A DNA stretch of 64,000 nt, taken from contig NW_025767561.1 of the NCBI RefSeq assembly GCF_003918875.1, positions 186,001-250,000 of the forward strand. Direction: 5' to 3'. This DNA comes from Haliotis rubra (lineage: Eukaryota). Made by a program: the position numbers and the translations under genes. Positions 13,717-25,000 of this stretch are shown piece by piece (the first letter of the stretch is position 1; the number at the start of each line of letters is the position of its first letter). The notes under the pieces are model-generated. The model was not told where the DNA came from. It did no database searches and was given only the letters and a program-made list of their open reading frames with translations.

Positions 13717-13973
13717 GCACTTTACCGGGCGCAGCCCTCGCTGCTTCCTTTACGATCCTTAGGGTTAGGGTTAGGGTTTAGGGTTAGGCACCCTTTACGA
13801 TCCTTAGGGTTAGGGTTTAGGGTTAGGCACCCTTTACTATCCTTGGGGTTAGGCACCCTTTACGATCCTTAGGGTTAGGTACCCTTTACGATCCTTAGGG
13901 TTAGGGGTAAGGGTTAGGGTTAGGGAACCCCAGCAGCGCTAATTAATCTGAAAAAGTGCGCCCGGTAAAGTGC
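13717..13973. mobile_element. MITE-like element with 17-bp inverted repeats enclosing TTAGGG arrays
   Basis: GCACTTTACCGGGCGCA (13717-13733) and TGCGCCCGGTAAAGTGC (13957-13973). Interior is (TTAGGG)n interspersed with five C(C)CTTTAC(G/T)ATCC blocks. Confidence 0.7.
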
Positions 13974-13984
13974 CCGGTATTTTG

Positions 13985-14138
13985 TAGATATTCAGGCTGA
14001 TACATCAATACACTAATATTTAAAATGGAGCTGTACAGTCCATTTTAAAATTAGTGCAGAATGGACCGTACAATCAAAATATCTGCTTACAATCTGCTTA
14101 CATTTGTATTGTTGATGTGTATCAGTCCTGAATATCTA
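13985..14138. mobile_element. Short MITE with TA termini
   Basis: TAGATATTCAGGCTGATACATCAA ... TTGATGTGTATCAGTCCTGAATATCTA imperfect TIRs. Confidence 0.65.
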
Positions 14139-15075
14139 AAAAATTAATTAACATCTAAAACTAGGCAAAAACAGAAATGTTTCTCCAAATTAGCAAAGTT
14201 CCACAATAATGTACAGCAACCTCACAAGTGACATCCACTGGGACACATTTCTTCAAACATGTAGTACATGTATTTTTAAGTACTTTGGAAACCGAAAATA
14301 GCATTTACTTAAGATAGCATTTTTGCAAATTGGTGTGTGGGACAAGGGACATCCCTTAATTTCATCAAGGTAGTTACGAGATAATTAGCTCTTGCTGGCT
14401 AAAAGACTAAGAAACTATTACAGAGGATGGAGCTCATACCCATTCATTGTGAAAATGGGCCAAGATATCAAGTATTTTGTATTTGAATACAAATAATAAA
14501 ACTTTATGACACCTGCTATATCTAACTCCTAACTTATATAACTCATATTTTACCTTCTTTAGTATTATACAAAACATGGAACAATGTTAATATTGGCTAA
14601 AACTACATAATATAAATTAATGTTGCATAAAAATGATAAATATATAGGTAATCTACAATAGGGAGTAAGCTCAAGCTCTTCACCAATGTCTCAGTATTTG
14701 CTATTTCGGATATTTCCAGATGCTGTAAATCTGTTAATTTTTTTATGCAAATGATCACAGTCCAAGTTGTATCATCAGCTGGGTTTTTTCACATTTGATG
14801 AAATCTTGCAAGTATCGGATGGTGAATAATGCAGATGATGACTTATGATTAAATATGCATAATTTACCTCCTACTTTGTGTAAAAAAAAAATAACAAACA
14901 AAAAAGAAAACAATCAGATTTGAGCATACTCCAGTTTGTATTGGACAAATGATATTCAACAGAAACACAACCCTTTCAAAAGATTCATGGTTCTGAATCA
15001 TTTTGAAAATGGTATAGTGATTTGCTGGTGCTTTGTTAGTGAATGGCACATGATAAAATAATTACTATGCTTTGC

Positions 15076-15305
15076 ACCCATGAAGATCCGGTTTAGTAAC
15101 CCATGCTTGTTGTAAGAGGTGACTTACGGGATCGGAGGGTCAGATTCACTGACTTGGTTGACACATGTCATAGTATCCCAATTGTGTAGATTGATGCTCA
15201 TGCTGTTGATCACTGGATCATCTGATCTGGACTCAATTATTTACTGACTGCCACCATATAGCTGGACTATTGCTGAGTGTGATGTTAAACAACAAAGAAA
15301 CCAAC
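15076..15305 (+). mobile_element. SINE with Nin-type central domain
   Basis: ACCCATGCTTGTTGTAAGAGGTGACT core and (AAC)-rich tail; homologous to the minus-strand copy at 33001-33232. Confidence 0.75.
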
Positions 15306-15409
15306 TATGCTTTGCAGTAAGATATTTCTAGCATTTGGCTTATACTACACATGGCCCTCAGCAAGTAGACAATTCAAATTCGATTAACTAGAGCAGATTT
15401 ATCAATTGT

Positions 15410-15904
15410 CAGAGCTCCAGATAAGATTTAGCTCATGTGGGTACTGTACCCACTGTATTTTTTTGGAGTGGGTATTATGAATGTTGAGTGGGTATTTCAT
15501 TTTCCGTTACCCACTGCTTTCAAATATGTGCGTATTTCAGTCATTTTACTCACCTAAGTATTATACGTGACTGAGTAAGTTTACTAAGCAGGTATGTTCT
15601 GCCTTATGTCATACCTAATCCAAACCAACTTAAATATAATGGAAATGATTTCATAAAAAATCTCTCATCCTATACTGACAGTACAACACTTGTCCTATAC
15701 TAACAGTACGACTTGATAGCAATCGATGTCTTTTTCATTACACAAGCGGTTTTTATAAAATATATTCCATACGCATTTGTTTTAAACATTTTGCGTATCT
15801 CACATTTTAAATGCATAATTGGTACGCAACAATTATGTTTCAATGCGTAATTGGAAATTTTATATACAGATTTTACCCGGATACACAGCTTATCTGGGCC
15901 TCTG
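15410..15904. mobile_element. hAT-like MITE with 6-bp target-site duplication
   Basis: TIRs CAGAGCTCCAGATAAG and CTTATCTGGGCCTCTG; AATTGT at 15404-15409 and 15905-15910. Confidence 0.75.
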
Positions 15905-16376
15905 AATTGTAAAAATCTTATTTGCCCATGTTGATGGGCCTTTTATAAGTAGAGAGCTTATAAATAATGAACAAATAGATATCCTTGTTTATTTGTTTTT
16001 TTTGCAAATTTTGATAGGACGGAACACTAGTTACTTTGATGACAGTAAGCATTTGTTTGGATGAAAATGGCGTTATTCCATTGTGGATACAGGCTGCTGA
16101 TGTGCGAATGTACATTTTGGTATGTTGCCGCGACTCATCATTAATATGTACATTGTTTTACAAACGAAAATGGTAGTGTATGACTGTGAATGTATGATTG
16201 TTCATTTTGTGGTTGTCACAAAAGTATTGACATGTAATGTATTATAATGCTTTAAAAAAAGACATGTCTTTGGTTTTTGGTGTTCTGTAAACAATGTTTT
16301 ATTTGTGCTTCTTGCAGATGAAAATAATTTCTTACAACTACCTGCCAACTGATGGGATTGGATGTTGATGTCCAAC

Positions 16377-16413
16377 ATGTCCACTATATCGCTAGAATTT
16401 GACTGCAAGAAAG
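16377..16413 (+). CDS. CNTLN: Centlein probable first coding exon (exon 16318-16413; MSTISLEFDCKK, phase 1)
   Basis: Acceptor ttcttgcag|16318, CCAACATG Kozak context (in-frame upstream ATGs at 16362 and 16368), donor AAAG|GTAGGT. Phase 1 joins the next exon to make GAT (Asp). No homology support for this short peptide. Confidence 0.55.
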
Positions 16414-16855
16414 GTAGGTCACACAAAATACTAACAGTATTCATCTAGCCTCTGTTATAATATGTGAGTTACCTTTTGTACATTGTCAACTCTGTTAATA
16501 GGTTGTGATAAAGCTGAAATTTAGGGTGGTCCAATTCTGTTTGTGGACTGCGACTGTATGTTCTTTATGTTCAGTGAGATAAATATCCTCCAGCATTCCA
16601 TTGGTTCAGTGTTTCGCTAATTGTACATAGTCTATATATATGTCCATTATCAGTCTGTATCCTTCACCCGACGAAGGACTAAGACTTGACACCGAAACGT
16701 GTTTAACAAGTAAAGAAGTTGATATCTTTGACTCATGTACATAGCTGTTAAACCTGAAGCATCAATGGCATTCATGAGCAAAAAATACACACAGTAAGAT
16801 CATGTTGATGTAAAAGTGGTCATCAGAGGGTCTCGGTGTTCGATGTGTATGGGTT

Positions 16856-18659
16856 ACAGGTGTCATGGATAGTGGTGTATTGTGTGTGTTGGATGGGTGA
16901 CCTCCAGACCTCTCTCAGGTGTCCTGGACAGTGGTGTATTGTGTGTGTTGAATGGGTGACCTCCAGACCTCTCTCAGGTGTCCTGGACAGTGGTGTATTG
17001 TGTGTGTTGGATGGGTGACCTCCAGACCTTTCTCAGGTGTCCTGGACTGTGGTGTATTGTGTGTGTTGGATGGGTGACCTCCAGACCTCTCTCAGGTGTC
17101 CTGGACAGTGATGTATTATGTGTGTTGGATGGGTGACCTCCAGACCTCTCTCAGGTGTTCTGGACAGTGGTGAATGGTGTGTGTTGGATGGGGGGCCTCC
17201 AGACCTCTCAGGTGTCCTGGACCGTGGTGTATTGTGTTTGTTTGGATGGGTGACCTCCAGACCACTCAGGTTTCCTGGATAGAGTTGAATGGTGTGTGTT
17301 TGGATGGGTGGCCCCTAGAACTCTCTCAGGTGTCCTGGATTGTGGTGAATGGTGTGTGTTTGGATGGGTGACCTCCAGACGTCTCTCAGGTGTCCTGGAC
17401 AGTGGTGAATGGTGTGTGTTAGATGGCTGACCTCACCTCTCAGGTGTCCTGGATAGTGGTGAATGGTGTGTGTTTGGATGGGTGGCCTCCAAACCTCTTC
17501 TGGATAGTGGTGAATGGTGTGTGTTGGATGGGTGACCTCCAGACCTCTCTCAGGTGTCCTGGATAGTGGTGTATGGTGTGTGTTTGGATGGGTGACCTCC
17601 AGTCCACTCAGTTGTCCTGGATAGTGTTGAATGGTATGTGTTTGGATGGGTGGCCTCCAGACCTCTTCTGGATACTGGTGTATTGTGTGTGTTTGGATGG
17701 GTGACCTCCAGTCCGCTCAGGTATCCTGGATTGTGGTGAATGGTGTGTTGGATGGGTGACCTCCAGACCTCTCTCAGGTGTCCTGGATAGTGGTGTATGG
17801 TGTGTGTTTGGATGGGTGGCCTCCAGACCACTCAGGTGTCCTGGACAGTGGTGAATGGTGTGTGTTTGGATGGGTGACCTCCAGACCTCTCCTGGATAGT
17901 GGTGTATTGTGTGTGTTTGGATGGGTGGCCTCCAAACCTCTCCTGGATAGTGGTGTATGGTGTGTGTTGGATGGGTGACCTCCAGACCTCAGGTGTCCTG
18001 GATAGTGGTGAATGGTGTGTTTGGATGGGTGGCCTCCAGACCTCTCCGGTATAGTGGTGAATGGTGTGTGTTTGGATATGTGGCCTCCAGACCTCTCAGG
18101 TGTCCTGGATAGTGGTGTATGGTGTGTGTTTGGATGGGTGAGCTCCAGACCACTCAGGTGTCCTGGACAGTGGTGAATGGTGTGTGTTTGGATGGGTGAC
18201 CTCCAGACCTCTCCTGGATAGTGGTGTATTGTGTGTGTTTGGATGGGTGGCCTCCAAACCTCTCCTGGATAGTGGTGTATGGTGTGTGTTGGATGGGTGA
18301 CCTCCAGACCTCTCAGGTGTCCTGGATTGTGGTGAATGGTGTGTGTTCGATGGGTGACCTCCAGGCCACTCAGGTGTCCTGGATTGTGGTGAATGGTGTG
18401 TGTAGGATAAGTGACCACCAGACCTCTCAGGTGTCCTGGATACTGGTGTATGGTGTGTGTTTGGATGGGTGACCTCCAGACCAGTAAGGTGTCCTGGATT
18501 GTGGTGAATGGTGTGTGTTGGATGGGTGACCACCAGACCTCTCAGGTGTCCTGGATAGTGGTGTATGTGTGTGTGTTGGATGGGTGGCCTCCAGACCTCT
18601 CAGGTGTCCTGGATAGTGGTGTATGTTTGGATGGGTGGCCTTTGTGTGTTCTCTCAGGC
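16856..18659. repeat. G/T-rich minisatellite, about 59-bp unit with shorter variants
   Basis: CAGGTGTCCTGGATAGTGGTG(T/A)ATGGTGTGTGTTGGATGGGTGACCTCCAGACCTCTCT. Confidence 0.95.
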
Positions 18660-18857
18660 TGATGTTTATGTACAATTTGCTTAAAAATGGTGGCACATCA
18701 CATGAACACAAGTTGCCTAAAATACATTGACTTTGGATATTTAAACCCATGACCAATTACAACCAACAAGCCAATAGCCAATATACAAGTACAGCAATAA
18801 CCCCAGTATTGCTTGTAGTAGTGGTGATGTCTTGTACAAATGTAAGTCTACTTTCAG

Positions 18858-18922
18858 ATGTTGATGTGAGTCAGTTGCTGGCCCAAAACAAGAGTCTTAC
18901 CTCTGAGCTGAAGCAGTGTCAG
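18858..18922 (+). CDS. CNTLN: Centlein coding exon ((D)VDVSQLLAQNKSLTSELKQCQ)
   Basis: ctttcag|AT...CAG|GTAAAC. Ends ...ELKQCQ in phase 0, joining ADKEF as in centlein ...CQADKEFVWSLWKRLQ. Confidence 0.85.
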
Positions 18923-19070
18923 GTAAACATTCTGCTTACATTTGGCTGACCTTTAAACAAGATGCTTACATTTGGCTAAAAGGTAACCATTCTGCTTACA
19001 TTTGGTTGAAAAGTAAACACGATGCTTACATTTGTCTGAAACGTGAAGAAGATGCTTAAATTTGGCTGAG
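18921..19070. repeat. Imperfect 30-bp tandem repeat, 5 copies, starting at a CNTLN splice donor
   Basis: AGGTAAACATTCTGCTTACATTTGGCTGA and variants. Confidence 0.8.
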
Positions 19071-19289
19071 AATCAAATTTGATTGCTATTCAGTGTGGGA
19101 AATTAATTGTGATGCCATCATTTATCCGACTAGATCATCATAAATTGTAACTATGTAATGTGAATGACGGATTGCTTGTTTATGAATTTGGTGCTATGAC
19201 ATATTTTATTTGTAAATAATGATGTAATGGATATATATGTTTTCAAGGAACTCATTTGGACTTTTTCTTAAAATGAGTATGAATGCAGA

Positions 19290-19340
19290 CTTGGTGCCGT
19301 CGCTATATGGCTGGAATAATGCCGATGTGACGTAAAACTC
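19290..19340 (+). mobile_element. SINE/LINE 3' tail fragment ending in (AACTC)n
   Basis: GCTATATGGCTGGAATAATGCCGATGTGACGTAAAACTC(AACTC)4 resembles the 3' ends of the other SINEs in the window. Confidence 0.55.
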
Positions 19341-19659
19341 AACTCAACTCAACTCAACTCTGACTAGATTTCCAGATCAGATTTTCATGAACTTGTTATC
19401 AACTTTGAGCTGTTCAATAAAAACCTCCCAAAACAAACAAAAAAGCTTTGAGCTGTTCATGAGCATTTAGGTCATGTGACCAGGTCTGTGCCAATGCTCA
19501 TGACACAAAAAGTAAAACATCAAGATTCCTTCTTTAGTTAAGAATGGCTAGTGAAATGAATCTTTTTGTTAAAAGTTACCCCTCAGTTAATTTGTTAATT
19601 CAGTAAACATTACAGTGTTACACCATACTGTAAACATTAGCCCATGTTGATATTCATGT

Positions 19660-20115
19660 GGGAGGTGGGGTAGCCTAGTGGTTAAAGCATTTGCTCATCA
19701 TGCCGAAGACCCGGTGTAACAGGCCAAACTTTCCCCTGGCCAAACCTTCCCCGGGGAAACTTTAGCCTAGGCCAAACTTTCCTCCCTCCTAGGCTTAATC
19801 GTCCCGGGGAAAGTTTGTCCTAGGCCAAACTTTCCCCACCCCACCAACTTTAAGGCTACTTGTTCCCCATCCTTGTTCTTATATCAAAAGGGTGAGATTC
19901 CGGCCTAGCTGGGCTATTCCCCAACCTTGTTTTCATGTTTATGTTCGTCTTGAAAAAGTCAGAAATGAAAATAAGACATAGCTATTCACGTGAACACATT
20001 GATAAGATATTATGTTGATGTCAAGTTCCATTAACAATTTACAGGTCATCTTCATCTTCAATTCCCCACACAGGTACAATGTGTGAAGCCCATTTCTGGT
20101 GTCCCCTGCCATCAT
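19660..20115 (+). mobile_element. tRNA-derived SINE split at its B box by an insertion of about 340 bp
   Basis: Head GGGGTAGCCTAGTGGTTAAAGC...GAAGACCCGG ends at 19714 and resumes TTCAATTCCCCAC...GTGTGAAGCCCATTTCTGGTGTCCC at 20057. Confidence 0.75.
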
Positions 20116-20364
20116 TACACTTGTAACAGTTTTAGTTTCCATGTGATTTTCATGGCAATTATGAAACAAATATTTGGCATTAATTGCATGATGTTTTGGA
20201 GATAAAAAAATATGTGTTCATAAGACTACTGTTTTCGCTGAATTAGCAACCAATATGAGTTTGAACTTCACTGAGAAAAGATCCTAGGAATTCGTATTAC
20301 ACTCTGTCATTTGCATTCTGTTGTACTGTGCAAACTGAATTGCCACATCTCCATTTGTTATCTA

Positions 20365-21865
20365 TACTCAGCAGCAAAACAAACATCAGTACGAATTCAA
20401 AATTAGATGGGCACTGTAATCAAGTCATTACAGAAATGGACAAAATAAGCTGATCAAAAACATTTTTTTGTGTACAATATCTTGACACATCAATGAATAA
20501 CTCAGCACAATTTCAAGACATTGCGTGAACGTTTGCAGTCCATTCAGACCCTTAACTTCAGTATCTAGTGTGACAACCACGAGCTGCAATAACTGCAGCA
20601 CAGGATCTATGCATGGAGTGCACCAATCGATTGATGAAGGCCATTGGCACCTTGAACCACACTCTGAGAAAGGCCTGGTGCAATAATTAGGCCTTGGTAT
20701 GACATTATTCAGTCTCCACTGAATTTCATCCCAAAGATGTTCAATTGGGTTTAAATCAGGACTAAGGACTGGCCACTGCATAATGTTGACATCGTTCTGC
20801 TGTAGCTTTGGCAGTATGGGCCCGGACGTTATCATGCTGGAAAATGTTCCGGTGACGTGCGAAATGTGGTATGACGTGGGGTCTGAGAGCTTGGTCGATG
20901 TAGCGCAGCGCTGTGATCCTGCCTCCTCTCCCTGGACCAAGGTTCTGGAACACCACAATACCAACTCTCTGGTTCAGGCCTATTCCACCCCATACCATGA
21001 TGCTTGCTCCTCCCCATGAGTCTCTTTCCATAACACATTGGTCTGAGTAACGCTGGCCACGTCGTCTCCATATTCTTGTTCTGCCATCTGCAGTTGATAC
21101 GCAGTACCGACTCTCATCTGTTAACAGAACAGTTCTCCATTGCCTGTATCGCCAGTTTTGCTGATGTAGGGCAAACTGTAGACATTCACGCCGATGACGA
21201 GGGGTGAGGATAGGTCCACGGTAAGGTCTACGGCAATGGAGGTTCCCGCTGTAAAGATGTCGGCATACTGTATCAGTACTGATTGGTCTTCCGTGTGTTC
21301 CCAGTGTCTGGCATGTTGTTTCGGATGCCTGCATGAAGGGATTCTGTACATGCTGTCGCACAACATGGCGGTCTTGTTGTCTTGTGGTCACCCTTGGTCT
21401 GCCAGTACGGGGGCGATCATTTGTGGTGTTGGTGGCCCGGAAACGTTGCTGCAGCCTGTAGATGGTCCAAACGTTGACCTGGAAGTGATTGGCAACGGCT
21501 TGTGGAGTGTGGCCAGCTTCAAGTCTTCCTAGCGCCTGGTTCCTCTGAGCTGTCGTGAGTCACGGCATCCTGCTGATGTTATAATGTGAATGTTTCAGAC
21601 AGGTTTGGGGGTGCATTTTATAGGGCTGGTCCTTGTGAACATGAGTTGCATGAAAAACATAGAGAACACCGTACCATCTCCCGAGATCGGGTTGCGTTTT
21701 TGAGACCATTTCCTGGGTTCCATTCTGAGTTTGGGAAGGAATGTCTTTGCTCAGGTAAAGTTGGAGATATTGTCAAAAATATACAATCAAAACAGTAAAT
21801 GAGTTTACAGTTATCCATTTCTGCGAAGGAAAATTCCAAACTGACGTTTCTTTTGCTGCTTAGTA
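20365..21865 (-). mobile_element. Tc1-like DNA transposon (IS630-Tc1-mariner superfamily)
   Basis: Imperfect TIRs of about 26 bp (TACTCAGCAGCAAAACAAACATCAGT and reverse complement of ACTGACGTTTCTTTTGCTGCTTAGTA) flanked by TA on both sides; transposase inside. Confidence 0.92.
20558..21568 (-). pseudogene. Tc1 transposase pseudogene
   Basis: ATG CCG TGA (probable CGA>TGA), HTH region with GRPR, TDES, QHDN..H, WP..SPDLNPIEHLW; frameshift near 20810 and further lesions toward the 3' end. Confidence 0.9.
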
Positions 21866-22774
21866 TATATTGCTAATATCAGCATTTCAAACTACATGCA
21901 CATGAATATTATCGTCTCCACTGAAATGGCTGTCAGATTGTCAGCTTTATAGTTTTGCACAAACTTTATCAACAATTTGCCTGGTAGTGGAGAAAGAGTA
22001 TTTAACATAGCTTGTAGATGGACCATCAGTTTGCACTTTTTTTAATGTAATCTGATCATACTTAAAGGGTACTAAAAGCATCCTATAAAAGAATTCTGCC
22101 TGTCTTGTGGTAAAACCAAGATGGACATTAGCTTGTTATGAAATGGAAACAAGCTTCATGTTCTTTTTTTTCCAACAACAGTTTTAATTCAGTTATCAAC
22201 AAACATATGCCATTCTGTTTACATGTTATGAGAGCAAAGTGCATATCCATACAACATGTAGTAATACAAAGTATCAAGGCTCCATCAATCACACCAAAAC
22301 ACACATATTAACACTAATATTAAACTGCTGAATTATTTGGGAAATTACATGCTATGGCAAACTTATGACACAGTATAGTTACCTTTTATTTTATGTTCAT
22401 GTTCTAATATTGGATGGAGTAGCATGTTAACATGTAAATATTCTAGAAAAAGGTATTGTCTTTTGGACATGTATTAGTTTTCACCTAGGACTGATTTCAT
22501 AGCCATAGATAGGTAGTCAAACATGACTGGTATGGTATGTAACGTAATTGGTATCACAGCTGTGTCACTTTTCAAATATTCATTCTTTGAAGGGAAAATT
22601 AGTGCTAATTGTTCGTTAGCGAGATGAAGGAAACTGTACCCAAGAATGAGGGATGCACATAATTCTCAAGTGCACATTATACTTTGAAAAATACAGTATG
22701 TCCACAGCCTCTCTTAGATTGTGTTATATTCCTCTCATCTATACACACAAGTCTTTGTCCAAATAACTGAATGT

Positions 22775-23720
22775 AAACATTAGGATCTTTACATGTTGTT
22801 CATCATATGGAGAAAGTCTGTTGAAGAAGCAACATCCATGAAACATAAGGATCTTTACATGTTGTTTATCATATGAAGGAAGTCTGTTGAAGAAGCAACA
22901 TCCATGAAACATTAGGATCTTTACATGTTGTTTATGATATGGAGGAAGTCTGTTGAAGAAGCAACATCCACGAAACATTAGGATCTTTACATGTTGTTTA
23001 TGATATGGAGAAAGTCTGTTGAAGAAGCAACATCCATGAAACATTAGGATCTTTACATGTTGTTTATCATATGAAGGAAGTCTGTTGAAGAAGCAACATC
23101 CACGAAACATTAGGATCTTTACATGTTGTTTATGATATGGAGAAAGTCTGTTGAAGAAGCAACATCCATGAAACATAAGGATCTTTACATGTTGTTTATC
23201 ATATGAAGGAAGTCTGTTGAAGAAGCAACATCCATGAAACATAAGGATCTTTACATGTTGTTTATCATATGAAGGAAGTCTGTTGAAGAAGCAACATCCA
23301 TGAAACATTAGGATCTTTACATGTTGTTCATCATATGAAGGAAGTCTGTTGAAGAAGCAACATCCACGAAACATTAGGATCTTTACATGTTGTTTATGAT
23401 ATGGAGAAAGTCTGTTGAAGAAGCAACATCCATGAAACATTAGGATCTTTACATGTTGTTTATCATATGAAGGAAGTCTGTTGAAGAAGCAACATCCATG
23501 AAACATTAGGATCTTTACATGTTGTTCATCATATGAAGGAAGTCTGTTGAAGAAGCAACATCCATGAAACATTAGGATCTTTACATGTTGTTTATCATAT
23601 GAAGGAAGTCTGTTGAAGAAGCAACATCCATGAAACATAAGGATCTTTACATGTTGATCATCATATGAAGGAAGTCTGTTGAAGAAGCAACATCCATGAA
23701 ACATTAGGATCTTTACATGT
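22775..23720. repeat. Minisatellite, 66-bp unit, about 14 copies
   Basis: AAACATTAGGATCTTTACATGTTGTTTATCATATGAAGGAAGTCTGTTGAAGAAGCAACATCCATG. Confidence 0.97.
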
Positions 23721-23949
23721 CGTCAAGGGTTTCAAACACTAAAACAGTAGCTACAAAATCGGTTATGTACGATTATGAGAAAATGTGATTGATTGCTTGG
23801 TCGTTTGGTCACTGCAACCAATCTTCGATTATTTCAATTAATTGGACCACCACTATTGTGATTGTGTTGGGAAACAATTCTCCCCTACCAACCTGGCAGC
23901 CAACAAATTCTCCTGGATCCTGATGTGTATTGTTATAAATGCTGAGAAA

Positions 23950-25000
23950 GTTGTGTACTGTGGATTCCTCATGTGATCTGTGTAACTAACTATCTGATGG
24001 TGGACAGTTTCTGTTGGCATGAAGTTCTATGTCATCACAGTATAATTACTAACAAACACAAAGTCAAGGAGATGATGGCATCTTACACAAATAAGCCATC
24101 AGAGATGTTTCTTGGTATTGTCCTCAGGAGCCATCGCTTTCCAGACTCCCACCAGGGCAAAAATGAAAAGAACCATTGTGATTTCAACATGGTCGTACAT
24201 CCCCCTCTGCCCATGGAGCAGGAGATGGAAAGGTGTATGATGTTGCCATGGGAGTAGGTGGATAAAGGGATGAAAGTGAGAATTGCCGGTACTTGCTGGA
24301 CAAACCTGACACCACTTGTTCCCTAAGATTTGGAGAATTCATGATGGCTCTGGTGAAACTTTTGCAATCAGCAATTACAGAATTAGTCAATCAAATCTAT
24401 ACTCTTAGAAGAAGGATATTTCTGCTTTACAACTTACCATCTCCAAGGATAAGTTAGACAAGAGATCAACATACACCTACCTGCCAGCCTCTTACCAACA
24501 TCACTGCTTGGTCCCACCTGTCCCTCTGTTATAAACTAGCTGTGTTGAAGAAGCATTAGTGTGTCATACAGACCCTGAAACAAATCTGTCCAAGATTGAC
24601 CATGCAAGTCTAGAATATGTAGCAAGTCTAGATTTCCACAATTTCAGGCATGAAGAAAGTCTCAGGGCTCCTTTTCATTATGTTTTTTGTACAATGAACT
24701 GTTTTTTCTGTAAAATATGTTCATTTCAGAGACTAGTTGGTAGTCTAAAGAAGGATGTACATTGTTGGGAAATGAAGTGACAATCGCGGGGTGTGTTTTA
24801 GCAGGTTTATGCCTTTGGATTGGTTGACAGTTAAAAGTAAGGTTTGTTGAATATCTGAAGATTTGATACTATAAGGACAGCCATTACACAGAAAGAATGG
24901 CGGCTTTTGGCTATAATGTAATGGAAGTAGTATTCCTTGAATTAAACGCAATTATACCTGTAACTTTTGTTTGATTTTTGTTGTAATTTTAGGGAAACCA
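23950..25000 (-). mobile_element. Decayed DIRS pol remnant
   Basis: Minus-strand LIQGILLPL..QKPP, NILLLRV..NSVIAD, SYTFPSP and ILPWW fragments in DIRS pol order. Boundaries approximate. Confidence 0.4.

Noticed and set aside
13759-13925. True telomere or chromosome-fusion site
   Set aside because: Short, single-orientation, interrupted array enclosed by inverted repeats.
16856-18659. Possible CRISPR-like array
   Set aside because: Contiguous tandem units without unique spacers, no cas genes, eukaryotic context. The same applies to the other arrays.
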